IMG/VR virus record: IMGVR_UViG_3300020044_010657
Location: 1-39,011 of that record
DNA: 39,011 nucleotides
Reading direction: 5' to 3' (one strand)
DNA from: a virus
Taxonomy: Duplodnaviria > Caudoviricetes
Part shown: positions 1 through 8,017 of the stretch, piece after piece
Numbering within the stretch: the first letter of the stretch is position 1
Layout: each line of letters starts with the position of its first letter
Program-made: the position numbers and the translations under genes
The notes under the pieces: generated by a model
The model's input: the letters and a program-made list of their open reading frames with translations, nothing else
What the model was told of the DNA's origin: nothing
The model's database searches: none

Positions 1-149
1 AAAAGAGATAATATTCGCTCCTGATTTAACATACGAATGGGGGGGAAGACCCTGCATATTTAGAAGAACACGAAGTAGACTTTGAAAATATAGCTAAATT
101 AATTTTTGAAGACTATAGAGGCGAAGAAGTAAAACAATTAATCATTTAA
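1..149 (+). CDS. Partial hypothetical protein (5' truncated, apparent frameshift in G7 run at 39-45)
   Basis: Frame 2 reads KEIIFAPDLTYEWG; frame 3 continues EDPAYLEEHEVDF...QLII to TAA at 147-149. Confidence 0.5.
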
Positions 150-153
150 TATT

Positions 154-483
154 ATGGAGACACAAGACTTTTTAAACGGATTAGACAAATTAACATTTGT
201 AAAGTGTGACAACAAAACCTTATACACTGAAGAGGGTTTTGAGATTAAGTATGAACTCGAATTAATGGGAGGAGCATTGAGTAAATACCCTATACAATTT
301 ATTTTTAGGATATATAGAGAGGGAGCTTATGTCCAGTCATGGGGTTGTGCATCAAATGAAGACAATATAATTGCAAACATATGGTGGCAAAAGAAAGAGT
401 GTGCAATGAATGACTTAGAGTATAGTAAGAAAGATAAAAAGACAGTAGAAAATAAAAGACTATTCGAAAACCTAACACGTTAA
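154..483 (+). CDS. Hypothetical early protein
   Basis: 109-aa ORF, ATG 4 nt after the upstream stop, tightly packed. Confidence 0.8.
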   Translation: METQDFLNGLDKLTFVKCDNKTLYTEEGFEIKYELELMGGALSKYPIQFIFRIYREGAYVQSWGCASNEDNIIANIWWQKKECAMNDLEYSKKDKKTVENKRLFENLTR

Positions 484-494
484 TCACTATCAAC

Positions 495-620
495 ATGAAA
501 AATTTTAGACCATATGCAATAGCATTAGTATTGTTCGCAGTTATATTACTGTGTTCAAGTTGTAGCAGTAATCACTGTTTCCATAAAAGAAGTAATTGGA
601 CACATAATAGTAGAAGATAA
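495..620 (+). CDS. Small putative lipoprotein (41 aa, not in ORF track)
   Basis: MKNFRPYAIALVLFAVILLCSSC|SSNHCFHKRSNWTHNSRR: basic N-terminus, hydrophobic core, SSC lipobox; fills the gap between neighbours. Confidence 0.7.
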   Translation: MKNFRPYAIALVLFAVILLCSSCSSNHCFHKRSNWTHNSRR

Positions 621-624
621 CAAC

Positions 625-852
625 ATGAAAAAAGAAATGTACACATTGAACACACAAAAGGCTGAAATTGGTGATGTTATCTTTTACGATGGCATTGAGC
701 AAATAATAAAAGAACTACACTATCACAATCAAGGCTATTTAGAAACAATCACAACAGATAAGCTACATATAAAAGCTTGGAGTATGAATATTAAAACTAC
801 CAACTTTGAAAAATCTACATTAGCTTTTCAAGGCTATAAAATAAACAATTAA
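625..852 (+). CDS. Hypothetical protein
   Basis: 75-aa ORF with CAACATG start. Confidence 0.75.
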   Translation: MKKEMYTLNTQKAEIGDVIFYDGIEQIIKELHYHNQGYLETITTDKLHIKAWSMNIKTTNFEKSTLAFQGYKINN

Positions 853-861
853 ACAAACAAC

Positions 862-884
862 AGGGGCGGCAAACGTCCGCCCCT
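862..884. promoter_or_regulatory. GC-rich intergenic hairpin 1
   Basis: AGGGGCGG-CAAACGT-CCGCCCCT, followed by AACACTTAAC rather than a U-tract. Confidence 0.6.
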
Positions 885-920
885 TAACACTTAACAAAAC
901 ACACATAAACACATAATAAA

Positions 921-1130
921 ATGAGATACAAACAAAATCTAAAAGTAGAGGGTAACAACGTTTACAGCTATTCAACACATGTTGCCACAATTAACCACGA
1001 AAACAAAACAGTTGAAATATTGGGCTATTGGTCTATGACTACCTCAAAACATATAAATTATGTCGCCCGTGAATGTGGCTATAAAATAGCGAAAAAATAC
1101 GAGGGCATGAAATACAAGGCAATAATTTAA
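921..1130 (+). CDS. Hypothetical phage protein (SYxTxVA...WSxTTSxH type)
   Basis: 69-aa ORF; motif pattern recurs in small phage early proteins. Confidence 0.8.
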   Translation: MRYKQNLKVEGNNVYSYSTHVATINHENKTVEILGYWSMTTSKHINYVARECGYKIAKKYEGMKYKAII

Positions 1131-1157
1131 ACACGCATAAAACACACCAAACAAAAC

Positions 1158-1181
1158 GGGCGGGGTGAAATATACCCGCCC
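1158..1181. promoter_or_regulatory. GC-rich intergenic hairpin 2
   Basis: GGGCGGG-GTGAAATATA-CCCGCCC, followed by AAACACTTTAAAA. Confidence 0.6.
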
Positions 1182-1209
1182 ATATTTAAACACTTTAAAA
1201 CGCACACAA

Positions 1210-1500
1210 ATGAGCAAAACGGAAAACGTTAACGGCATAGACTTCACGCCAATAAACAATAACTACTACGGCAACCCGCGCTATATAGTACACTTTTTTA
1301 CATTCCTTACTGATGATGAGCGCAAAAGTTACGGCATAGATACGCGGGAATATTTGTTTAATCTTGCGCTCAATAGGTCGCGAAAGTTGAGCGGAAAAAT
1401 TTACAGGGGCAAAAGTTACGGGGGCGGCATTGTTTTAAGCTCTTACAACTTGCGAGATACTGCCCAAAAAATACAAAGTATCATGGTCTCCATTTCATAA
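1210..1500 (+). CDS. Hypothetical phage protein (GNPRY...GGGIV...SYN type)
   Basis: ATG at 1210 follows a CA-rich leader; the track's GTG at 1165 lies inside hairpin 2. Confidence 0.8.
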   Translation: MSKTENVNGIDFTPINNNYYGNPRYIVHFFTFLTDDERKSYGIDTREYLFNLALNRSRKLSGKIYRGKSYGGGIVLSSYNLRDTAQKIQSIMVSIS

Positions 1501-1541
1501 CATAAATTTTCACCCCATACACACATACAAAAAAATACACT

Positions 1542-1739
1542 ATGAACACACAAAAAAAATACACTTTTGAAGAGCTAAAAAAGGGCAAAAAATACCTTCT
1601 AAATTTTAGTGGGCTAACAGTAGCGGGGACACTAAAATATAAAAATAAATCGGGGCTTTTATTTGTATATGAGGAATATTTTTCCAAGGTCAAAAAATGC
1701 GACTATTTTTATTCATTCGATGTAATAACAGAAATTTAA
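1542..1739 (+). CDS. Hypothetical protein
   Basis: 65-aa ORF with CA-rich leader. Confidence 0.7.
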   Translation: MNTQKKYTFEELKKGKKYLLNFSGLTVAGTLKYKNKSGLLFVYEEYFSKVKKCDYFYSFDVITEI

Positions 1740-1752
1740 AAAACACACACAC

Positions 1753-2013
1753 ATGAAGCAAGGTAAAAACATTACACGGTTGAAAATATGGCGTGAACTT
1801 GAAAAATTGGGCTTCCACGACTGCAAATATACTTTTCAAGGTCTTTACTATCAGGTCGGGGCATGGAAAGAACACCAAGGGAACGAGATAATTATTGAGC
1901 CTTCTGTAAGTGGTAACGACTGGAAATTGACCTTTTATTGTGGAGATATTACACTACTGAAATATATACCAGCCCGCCAAATTTTACACGAAATAAACGA
2001 GATACTCAAATAA
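1753..2013 (+). CDS. Hypothetical protein
   Basis: 86-aa ORF with AAACACACACACATG leader. Confidence 0.75.
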   Translation: MKQGKNITRLKIWRELEKLGFHDCKYTFQGLYYQVGAWKEHQGNEIIIEPSVSGNDWKLTFYCGDITLLKYIPARQILHEINEILK

Positions 2014-2031
2014 TCAATTTAAGCCCTAAAA

Positions 2032-2055
2032 AAGGCCGTTAATACGGGCGGCCTT
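2032..2055. promoter_or_regulatory. GC-rich intergenic hairpin 3
   Basis: AAGGCCGTT-AATACG-GGCGGCCTT. Confidence 0.55.
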
Positions 2056-2135
2056 ATATACACATCAAAAAAAACATTCCGCTCAATTTTGAGCACTTAA
2101 AATCAAAATTCAAACACTTATAAAATCAATTCACT

Positions 2136-2390
2136 ATGTACACACACACAACACACACACAAAAAGTTTCTATCAACTCAATTGCCCGTTCACTTGCTAT
2201 GTATGAACTTGGCGAACTATCGGCTGAAAATAGTCTTTATCTTTTCTCCGATTTGTTGCGAAATAATCACGTTGACTATTTAGAGCCACACTATAAAAAA
2301 GTAGCTCACAACCTGATTAACCGCGGCATATTAACCCCTCATGGTGACATTGACGAATTTACAGCAATACAAAACGGATTCAATCTCTAA
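2136..2390 (+). CDS. Hypothetical phage protein (YExGEL...HY..A..LI..G type)
   Basis: 84-aa ORF; motif seen in small phage proteins. Confidence 0.75.
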   Translation: MYTHTTHTQKVSINSIARSLAMYELGELSAENSLYLFSDLLRNNHVDYLEPHYKKVAHNLINRGILTPHGDIDEFTAIQNGFNL

Positions 2391-2490
2391 TCAATAAAAA
2401 AATGCGCATGATAGGGGCAACAAAATTTTGCCTCTGTTATGAGCTATCAAAACAAAATAAACACACACAAAACACTTAAAATTTAAACAC

Positions 2491-3477
2491 ATGAACACAC
2501 AATTTTTTGCCAATTATGGCGCAAATTTTAGCGACCTAATCACTCAATTTAACGGGCTGGATAAAAAATATGCATGTCCATTTTTAGCCCTTGAAAAGTT
2601 AACAGGTAAAAAACTACATGAACGGGACGTCGAAACTTTCCAATATGATTTTTTACATGAGCTATCAGGCGAAAATATCAAGCTAAAAAATAAACTATAT
2701 TTAGACATTAGCAATGATATTTTTCTACCTCTATCTATTAACCTATCGAAAAACTATAAAGCAAAGAACCCAATAAAAAACAAAGGTTTTTTGTCGCTTA
2801 AAAATATAGTAGGCAAAGATGAACTTCGACCAGTTTCACAAGGGGTATTTTTAAATAAAGGTGACATGGTAGCTACTGATTCGCACAAATTAGTGATTTT
2901 AACGGGGCAAAATTCGTTTGAAACCCTCTCAGATATATCAGATATCCACATGAACACATTGATGAAATTTAAAGGGCTATATGAGGCTAAAAACGAAACT
3001 GATAATTTTATCAATAATCTAAATTTAGAGGGGCTTGATAACAAGTTGGTAAATTTCAGTACGGGGCAATTAATGCAAGATAAGTATTTCAATTATGCTG
3101 GTGTAATACCTCAATACAAACAAGAATATAAAAACAGGTATGAATGTTCGGTCGAATCTATTCTTTTCAAAATAGAAAAGGCCATGAATACTGCGGCAAA
3201 TTTTAGCAAAAGTCAAAATAACCTTGTATTTGGCTTCGATAAAAAAAATGGCAAAACTACGGCCGTAAACATTAAACTTTTAGCTGATACAATCTATTGT
3301 TTGGCGGCCAATTGTACGGGCAACATGAAATTCTATGTTAGCGATGAAAACAATAGAGCTATATGCATTGAAACTGATAACGGCCATTTTGCACTTGTTA
3401 TGCCTGTTGTGAGAAAAAATGACGGACATGACGCACATATTTTTGTAGGTGGCGTACATACTTTTCCACTTTATTAA
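2491..3477 (+). CDS. DNA polymerase III beta-clamp (DnaN)-like protein, domains II-III only
   Basis: DELRPVSQGV..VATDSHKL, YFNYAGVIP, VNIKLLADTI and ALVMPV align in order with DnaN motifs VATDGHRL, FPDYRRVLP, FNVSYVLDVL and YVVMPM. Confidence 0.75.
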   Translation: MNTQFFANYGANFSDLITQFNGLDKKYACPFLALEKLTGKKLHERDVETFQYDFLHELSGENIKLKNKLYLDISNDIFLPLSINLSKNYKAKNPIKNKGFLSLKNIVGKDELRPVSQGVFLNKGDMVATDSHKLVILTGQNSFETLSDISDIHMNTLMKFKGLYEAKNETDNFINNLNLEGLDNKLVNFSTGQLMQDKYFNYAGVIPQYKQEYKNRYECSVESILFKIEKAMNTAANFSKSQNNLVFGFDKKNGKTTAVNIKLLADTIYCLAANCTGNMKFYVSDENNRAICIETDNGHFALVMPVVRKNDGHDAHIFVGGVHTFPLY

Positions 3478-3518
3478 TCATATAAAAAATAGACTATAAA
3501 CACATAAAAAAAACACAC

Positions 3519-4082
3519 ATGAAAAATTTAGTATTTCACCATACTTCACTACCTATTGAAATTGAAAACTATCCCTATGGTTTTAGGCTCAAAACTACCA
3601 AATTCGATAGTATAGAATTTAGAAAAGGGCATGGATTCAGGCATGTAAGCCAAACTATAAACCCAAAAACAAACAGATTGAATAAGCCAAAAAAATCAAC
3701 TTATTATGAGGTAATGTTGCTGGCAACAAACGAAATAGGGCATGTTGAGGTAATTACAAAATCTTTCTATGATAAGGAAGATATTAATGAAACCTGCAAA
3801 TTTTTACATGAGCAGTTTGGCAATTTTACTGATGAGCAAATAAAAGATATTGCGTCAACTCTACTGCTTCACTTGCTTGCTTCTATAAAAGCTATGGTGA
3901 TTTATACAGGGGCTGAAATTTCACAGGTGAAGCCCCTATATGATAGTGCTATTGAAACTTGCAAAAAAATAATGAATACAGGGGTTAATAGCTGGCATGA
4001 AATACATTTAGACTGTACTGCTATTGAGGCATGCAAGAAACCCGATTTTAACCCATTTGTAGTTACAAACTATGGTGTGTAG
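3519..4082 (+). CDS. Hypothetical phage protein (NYPYGFRL...NKPKKSTY type)
   Basis: 187-aa ORF with CA-rich leader. Confidence 0.8.
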   Translation: MKNLVFHHTSLPIEIENYPYGFRLKTTKFDSIEFRKGHGFRHVSQTINPKTNRLNKPKKSTYYEVMLLATNEIGHVEVITKSFYDKEDINETCKFLHEQFGNFTDEQIKDIASTLLLHLLASIKAMVIYTGAEISQVKPLYDSAIETCKKIMNTGVNSWHEIHLDCTAIEACKKPDFNPFVVTNYGV

Positions 4083-4094
4083 TGTGTTTTAAAA

Positions 4095-4126
4095 AGTTAA
4101 GCCCCTCACGTTTGGGGGGCTTGACT
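4095..4126. promoter_or_regulatory. GC-rich intergenic hairpin 4
   Basis: AGTTAAGCCCCTCA-CGTT-TGGGGGGCTTGACT (14-bp stem with G-U pairs), followed by ATAAACACTTAAAA. Confidence 0.65.
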
Positions 4127-4197
4127 ATAAACACTTAAAATACACAAACATTAAAATTACACTCAGCAAATATAAACTCTTAAAAATAAAAGTCAAT

Positions 4198-4425
4198 ATG
4201 GAAAATTCTAACAAAAAATCAATTGAAAATTTAGGTCAAATTCTGTATGATAACAATATCAGAATCACTAACTATGATTATGAGTCAGCACTATTTCTTC
4301 TACTGAAATTAGGAGCAAGTGATGATACAATTAACCTGTTCAAAAAAGAATCCTTTCATGTTTTTGTAGAAATTATGAGGATAGAGACAGTTGATAGTAT
4401 GCAAAACATGTTTAAACCTATATGA
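4198..4425 (+). CDS. Hypothetical protein
   Basis: 75-aa ORF. Confidence 0.7.
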   Translation: MENSNKKSIENLGQILYDNNIRITNYDYESALFLLLKLGASDDTINLFKKESFHVFVEIMRIETVDSMQNMFKPI

Positions 4426-4465
4426 CAATTAACACAAAAAAGTTAATATCTATTTATCAAAATTA

Positions 4466-4498
4466 TTTGACTTTTGTATAAAAAAGATATTACATTTG
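4466..4498 (+). promoter_or_regulatory. Bacteroidota primary-sigma promoter (-33 TTTG / -7 TAnnTTTG)
   Basis: TTTG at 4466-4469, 21-nt spacer, TACATTTG at 4491-4498, 40 nt upstream of ORF 4539. Confidence 0.75.
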
Positions 4499-4538
4499 TT
4501 TCGATAATTTAATCAATAAATACTTAAAATTTAAACAC

Positions 4539-5090
4539 ATGCACAAAGTACATCTTGTAAGAGGTGAGCAAATCACCACACATGAATTTAATGACGCAAT
4601 GGACGCAGTTCGCTTCTATTACCTTAGTCAAATCAATCCTTTAGAACCAGCAATCATTGAACTTGTTCCCTCTGATTTTGAACACTTCGATTTTATGCCT
4701 CCTAAGGTTACTCATTTTAATGGAACTTTTATTAATGAGTATTTTGTTGGAAAATGCACATTGGAGGCAGCTGATAGCACTAAAGAGCATTTTGAAGGTG
4801 TTATATCAGTTCACGAAGTAGATTTTGGTAAATATGCCATTACACACTACAACAATACATGCAAGCAAGCTATTTTGAACTTGCAACTTGCAGGAGCAAA
4901 GAAAGTAGGTCGCAATGACGATACATGCCAAACTTTTATGTTACTGGGTGACTATATGGTGGCAATTGACGATACTGGTCAAATAAAAATATCCTCCACC
5001 ATGAGTAGCTGGAATGAGGCAATTGACCAAATTTTATACGAATATGAATTTCCTTTCTATGACAAAGATGAAGAAAACTTTGCCTATTAA
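4539..5090 (+). CDS. Hypothetical protein
   Basis: 183-aa ORF downstream of promoter. Confidence 0.8.
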   Translation: MHKVHLVRGEQITTHEFNDAMDAVRFYYLSQINPLEPAIIELVPSDFEHFDFMPPKVTHFNGTFINEYFVGKCTLEAADSTKEHFEGVISVHEVDFGKYAITHYNNTCKQAILNLQLAGAKKVGRNDDTCQTFMLLGDYMVAIDDTGQIKISSTMSSWNEAIDQILYEYEFPFYDKDEENFAY

Positions 5091-5406
5091 AAAGGCCAAA
5101 AAAGCAATGGAGGGAGCTAATAACTCCCACCATGCTATCGAATCACTCAATGAATCGGAAAACAACAACAAGTACAAAGATATGCCACTATTTATAGAAT
5201 GTATTGAAAAATTTAGTGACATCGAGATTAAATTCATTCTCATGCAACTAAACAGAGACAACATGATGGGTAGGAAAGTTACCCGTGTTGAGCTGAAGGA
5301 TATTGAGCAGGAATTTATTCTAAAGGTCATTAGCAATTCTCCATGCGCTGAGTATGGCGCACTATTAAAAAACATTATTCAAACTAAACTTTTAAATTCA
5401 ATTTAA
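5068..5406 (+). CDS. Hypothetical protein
   Basis: Track ORF 5014..5406; a later ATG chosen to reduce overlap, start uncertain. Confidence 0.65.
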   Translation: MKKTLPIKKAKKAMEGANNSHHAIESLNESENNNKYKDMPLFIECIEKFSDIEIKFILMQLNRDNMMGRKVTRVELKDIEQEFILKVISNSPCAEYGALLKNIIQTKLLNSI

Positions 5407-5407
5407 C

Positions 5408-5884
5408 ATGAACACGTTACAACAAACAAAAGGCTATGAGCATTTCACCAAAACATTGGTAAAATCAACCGCTGAATCACTTTTGAGTGAATCACAAGAA
5501 GGAAACATTGACACACTATCAACTTTAGCTCATCTTGAGTTTATGGCTCAGGTAATTGAAATGGCAAAAGATGAATTACGACAAAGAGCAGTTAACGAGC
5601 TTGATTCTTATGGAGCTGAGGCAAAAATTGGTGTAGTTAAGCATGGTGTTACATTCCAGCAAAGAGAGGTAGGTGTTAGATACAACTTTGAAAATACTCC
5701 TGCATGGAATGAAATTAAGGCAAAGGAAGATGCTATTGCAGGTCAAAGAAAAGAACTTGAAGAGCAGCTAAAAGTTCTCAAATCCAAACAGACAATTTTG
5801 GACGAAAGTACTGGCGAGTTAATAGAGATGAATCCTCCAATCAAAACTTCAAAAACATCAGTAGCAATAACTTTGTCAAAATAA
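5408..5884 (+). CDS. Coiled-coil protein preceding Bet (recombination-module accessory)
   Basis: 158 aa, helical, ends ELIEMNPPIKTSKTSVAITL; immediately upstream of the annealase. Confidence 0.7.
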   Translation: MNTLQQTKGYEHFTKTLVKSTAESLLSESQEGNIDTLSTLAHLEFMAQVIEMAKDELRQRAVNELDSYGAEAKIGVVKHGVTFQQREVGVRYNFENTPAWNEIKAKEDAIAGQRKELEEQLKVLKSKQTILDESTGELIEMNPPIKTSKTSVAITLSK

Positions 5885-5899
5885 TTATTAATTTTATTG

Positions 5900-5907
5900 T
5901 ATATTTG
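5900..5907 (+). promoter_or_regulatory. Putative -7 promoter element
   Basis: TATATTTG in the intergenic gap upstream of bet; -33 spacing is atypical. Confidence 0.5.
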
Positions 5908-5922
5908 TAAAACAACAACAAC

Positions 5923-6783
5923 ATGAATCAGATTGAAAAAGCATCACAGGCTTTTGACATTGAACGTGTCAAAACCTATCTAAGAAGCATGAACCTTGCT
6001 TCCAATCTAACCCAAGCTGAGGTAACTCAATTTATTGAAATTGCACAGGGATTTGGGCTTAATCCTTTCAAAAGAGAGATTTACGCAAGTAAGTATGGCA
6101 ACAACTTTTCAGTAATCGTAGGATATGAGACCTATATCAAAAGAGCTGAGCGAAGCGGTCGTCTTGCTGGATGGAATGTAACTACCGATGGTAAAATGGA
6201 AGATGGTAGTCTACGGGCGATTATCACAATTCACCGAAACGACTTTACTCATCCATTTGTGCATGAAGTTTTTTACTCAGAGTATGTGCAAAGAACTAAG
6301 GAAGGTCGTCCGACTAAGTTTTGGGCAGATAAGCCTTATACCATGATTAAGAAGGTTGCAATGGCTCAAGGTTTCCGACTTTGCTTTTCTGACGAGTTAG
6401 GAGGCATGCCATACACAGCGGATGAGCTTCCTGACCATGTAGGCCAAAATCAAATTGTGATTGAGCCTAAAGAGGAAAAAGCATTTTTAATAAATTCCCA
6501 CAAAGAGGTATATGATGCTATTCTCGTTTGCGTGGAAATGGATTGCCTTGCTGAGATTTGGAAGTCAAATCCTGAGCTTCATAACCACGAAGAGTTTAAA
6601 AAACTCGTTACAGACCGAAAAGCAGTTATTGTTGAATGGGAAAGATACGATAACATGGTTGAAAAAATCAATCAATGTGAATCGGTAGAAGAAGTAACTG
6701 AACTTTTAAAGGAAGAAAAAGACAAAGAGGTATTGGAAGCTGGTGCAAGTAAAATTGAAATTTTAAATAAACAAAAATCATAA
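5923..6783 (+). CDS. bet: Phage single-strand annealing protein Bet (Red-beta/RecT family)
   Basis: GLNPFKREIY, IVGYETYIKRAER and PYTMIKKVAMAQGFRLCF...GMPYTADEL motifs. Confidence 0.92.
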   Translation: MNQIEKASQAFDIERVKTYLRSMNLASNLTQAEVTQFIEIAQGFGLNPFKREIYASKYGNNFSVIVGYETYIKRAERSGRLAGWNVTTDGKMEDGSLRAIITIHRNDFTHPFVHEVFYSEYVQRTKEGRPTKFWADKPYTMIKKVAMAQGFRLCFSDELGGMPYTADELPDHVGQNQIVIEPKEEKAFLINSHKEVYDAILVCVEMDCLAEIWKSNPELHNHEEFKKLVTDRKAVIVEWERYDNMVEKINQCESVEEVTELLKEEKDKEVLEAGASKIEILNKQKS

Positions 6784-6785
6784 AA

Positions 6786-7196
6786 ATGGAAACAGTAGAG
6801 AAAACAATTACGAATGTAGAAGCAAAAAAAGAGCTAAAAAACGAAATCAGAAAAAAGTATGGAACTATCCAAAAGTTCTGTGAGGTTTCAGAATTTTCTT
6901 ACTCTAAAATGAACATGCTTTTTGCTAATCGAATGAAAAAAGAGAGCGAAGAAAAGCTAATAACCGAGGTTGCGGTTTTGGTTCACCAAATGGTTCACCA
7001 AATGGTTAATCAAACCATGTCTGAAGAGGAAAGAAAAGCTATTCGAGGTCTCATATTTTCTAAGCATAAAAACGTAAGAACTTTTTGCATGAACCATGAA
7101 GAATTTAGTATCACTTTTGTGTCTAAAATTGTCAATGGTCAGCGTAGAAAGAAAGACAAAAAGTATCACCGTTTTATTGAAATAATTTCACAATAA
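6786..7196 (+). CDS. Tandem Cro/XRE-like HTH regulator
   Basis: Two similar halves: KKYGTIQKFC...FSYSKMNMLFANR and SKHKNVRTFC...FSITFVSKIVNGQR. Confidence 0.6.
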   Translation: METVEKTITNVEAKKELKNEIRKKYGTIQKFCEVSEFSYSKMNMLFANRMKKESEEKLITEVAVLVHQMVHQMVNQTMSEEERKAIRGLIFSKHKNVRTFCMNHEEFSITFVSKIVNGQRRKKDKKYHRFIEIISQ

Positions 7197-7201
7197 CAAA
7201 A

Positions 7202-8017
7202 ATGGCCAAAGACCCAGCATTTCTTTTTTATTCATCTGATTTCTTGGCTGGAACACAAGACCTTACTATGGAAGAGCGAGGTCAATATATTACCCTACTT
7301 TGCTTGCAGCATCAGAAAGGCCATCTTACCGAAAAGATGATACGGCTATGCTGCGGCAATGCCACGGCAGATGTCATGGCAAAGTTTCGGCATGATGAAA
7401 ATGGCCTATTTTTTAATGAAAGATTAGAAGAAGAAATTGGGAAACGCAAGAATCATTCTGATAAACAAAGAGTTAGGGCTATCGAAGGATGGAAAAAGAG
7501 GAAAAACAATGATTGCCAAACGGATGCCACGGCACATGCCACGGCATATACCACGGCAGATGCCGCGGCAATGCCTAATAATATATATATAAATAATAAT
7601 ACTATTACTAAGTTAGAAGATATAGTTATTAGTAAAACATCTAATGAGTTAAAACCTATACTCAAAGAAAAAGAAAAAGAAAAAGAAAAAGAAAAAGAAA
7701 AAGAAAAAGAAAGTTTGTCTAAATTTTTGATTACTCACCCGCTTCAGGTTTTCATCCGCGATAACTGCCCTCAGGTTTCAAAACTTAAAAAACAGATTAC
7801 CGCTGAGGAATGTGAAAAGCTACTTTCCAAATTCAACAACACGGAAATAGCAGACACACTTGTCGCAATGGAGAACTTCAAACAACTCACAAGCAAGTAT
7901 GTCAGCGTCTATCTCACATTAAACAACTGGTTAAACAGAAGACCCAATGAATCAACTACCCGCAACAACCCAAACAATCGAGGAGCAAATTACGAAAATG
8001 CGCTTCGGAACTTTTAG
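7202..8017 (+). CDS. Replication initiator, DUF1376/YdaU family
   Basis: N-terminal PAFLFYSSDFLAGT..LTMEERGQYITLLC...FFNERLEEE; contains iterons. Confidence 0.88.
   Translation: MAKDPAFLFYSSDFLAGTQDLTMEERGQYITLLCLQHQKGHLTEKMIRLCCGNATADVMAKFRHDENGLFFNERLEEEIGKRKNHSDKQRVRAIEGWKKRKNNDCQTDATAHATAYTTADAAAMPNNIYINNNTITKLEDIVISKTSNELKPILKEKEKEKEKEKEKEKESLSKFLITHPLQVFIRDNCPQVSKLKKQITAEECEKLLSKFNNTEIADTLVAMENFKQLTSKYVSVYLTLNNWLNRRPNESTTRNNPNNRGANYENALRNF
7337..7610. repeat. Iteron clusters plus AT-rich tract: putative replication origin
   Basis: ATGCCACGGCA-like units x4 at 7337-7381 and x4.5 at 7524-7575, then an almost pure A/T stretch at 7576-7610. Confidence 0.8.
7664..7711 (+). repeat. (AAAGAA)8 microsatellite encoding (KE)8 linker
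   Basis: Perfect in-frame hexamer repeat. Confidence 0.9.

Noticed and set aside
1165-1209. GTG start of track ORF 1165..1500
   Set aside because: It lies in a hairpin loop; the ATG at 1210 has the same leader as neighbouring genes.
7524-7575. Tandem repeats as a mini-CRISPR
   Set aside because: Units are 12 bp with no spacers and lie in frame inside the initiator; they fit iterons.
7664-7711. (AAAGAA)8 as a phase-variation switch
   Set aside because: The unit is a multiple of three, so slippage only changes the length of a KE linker.
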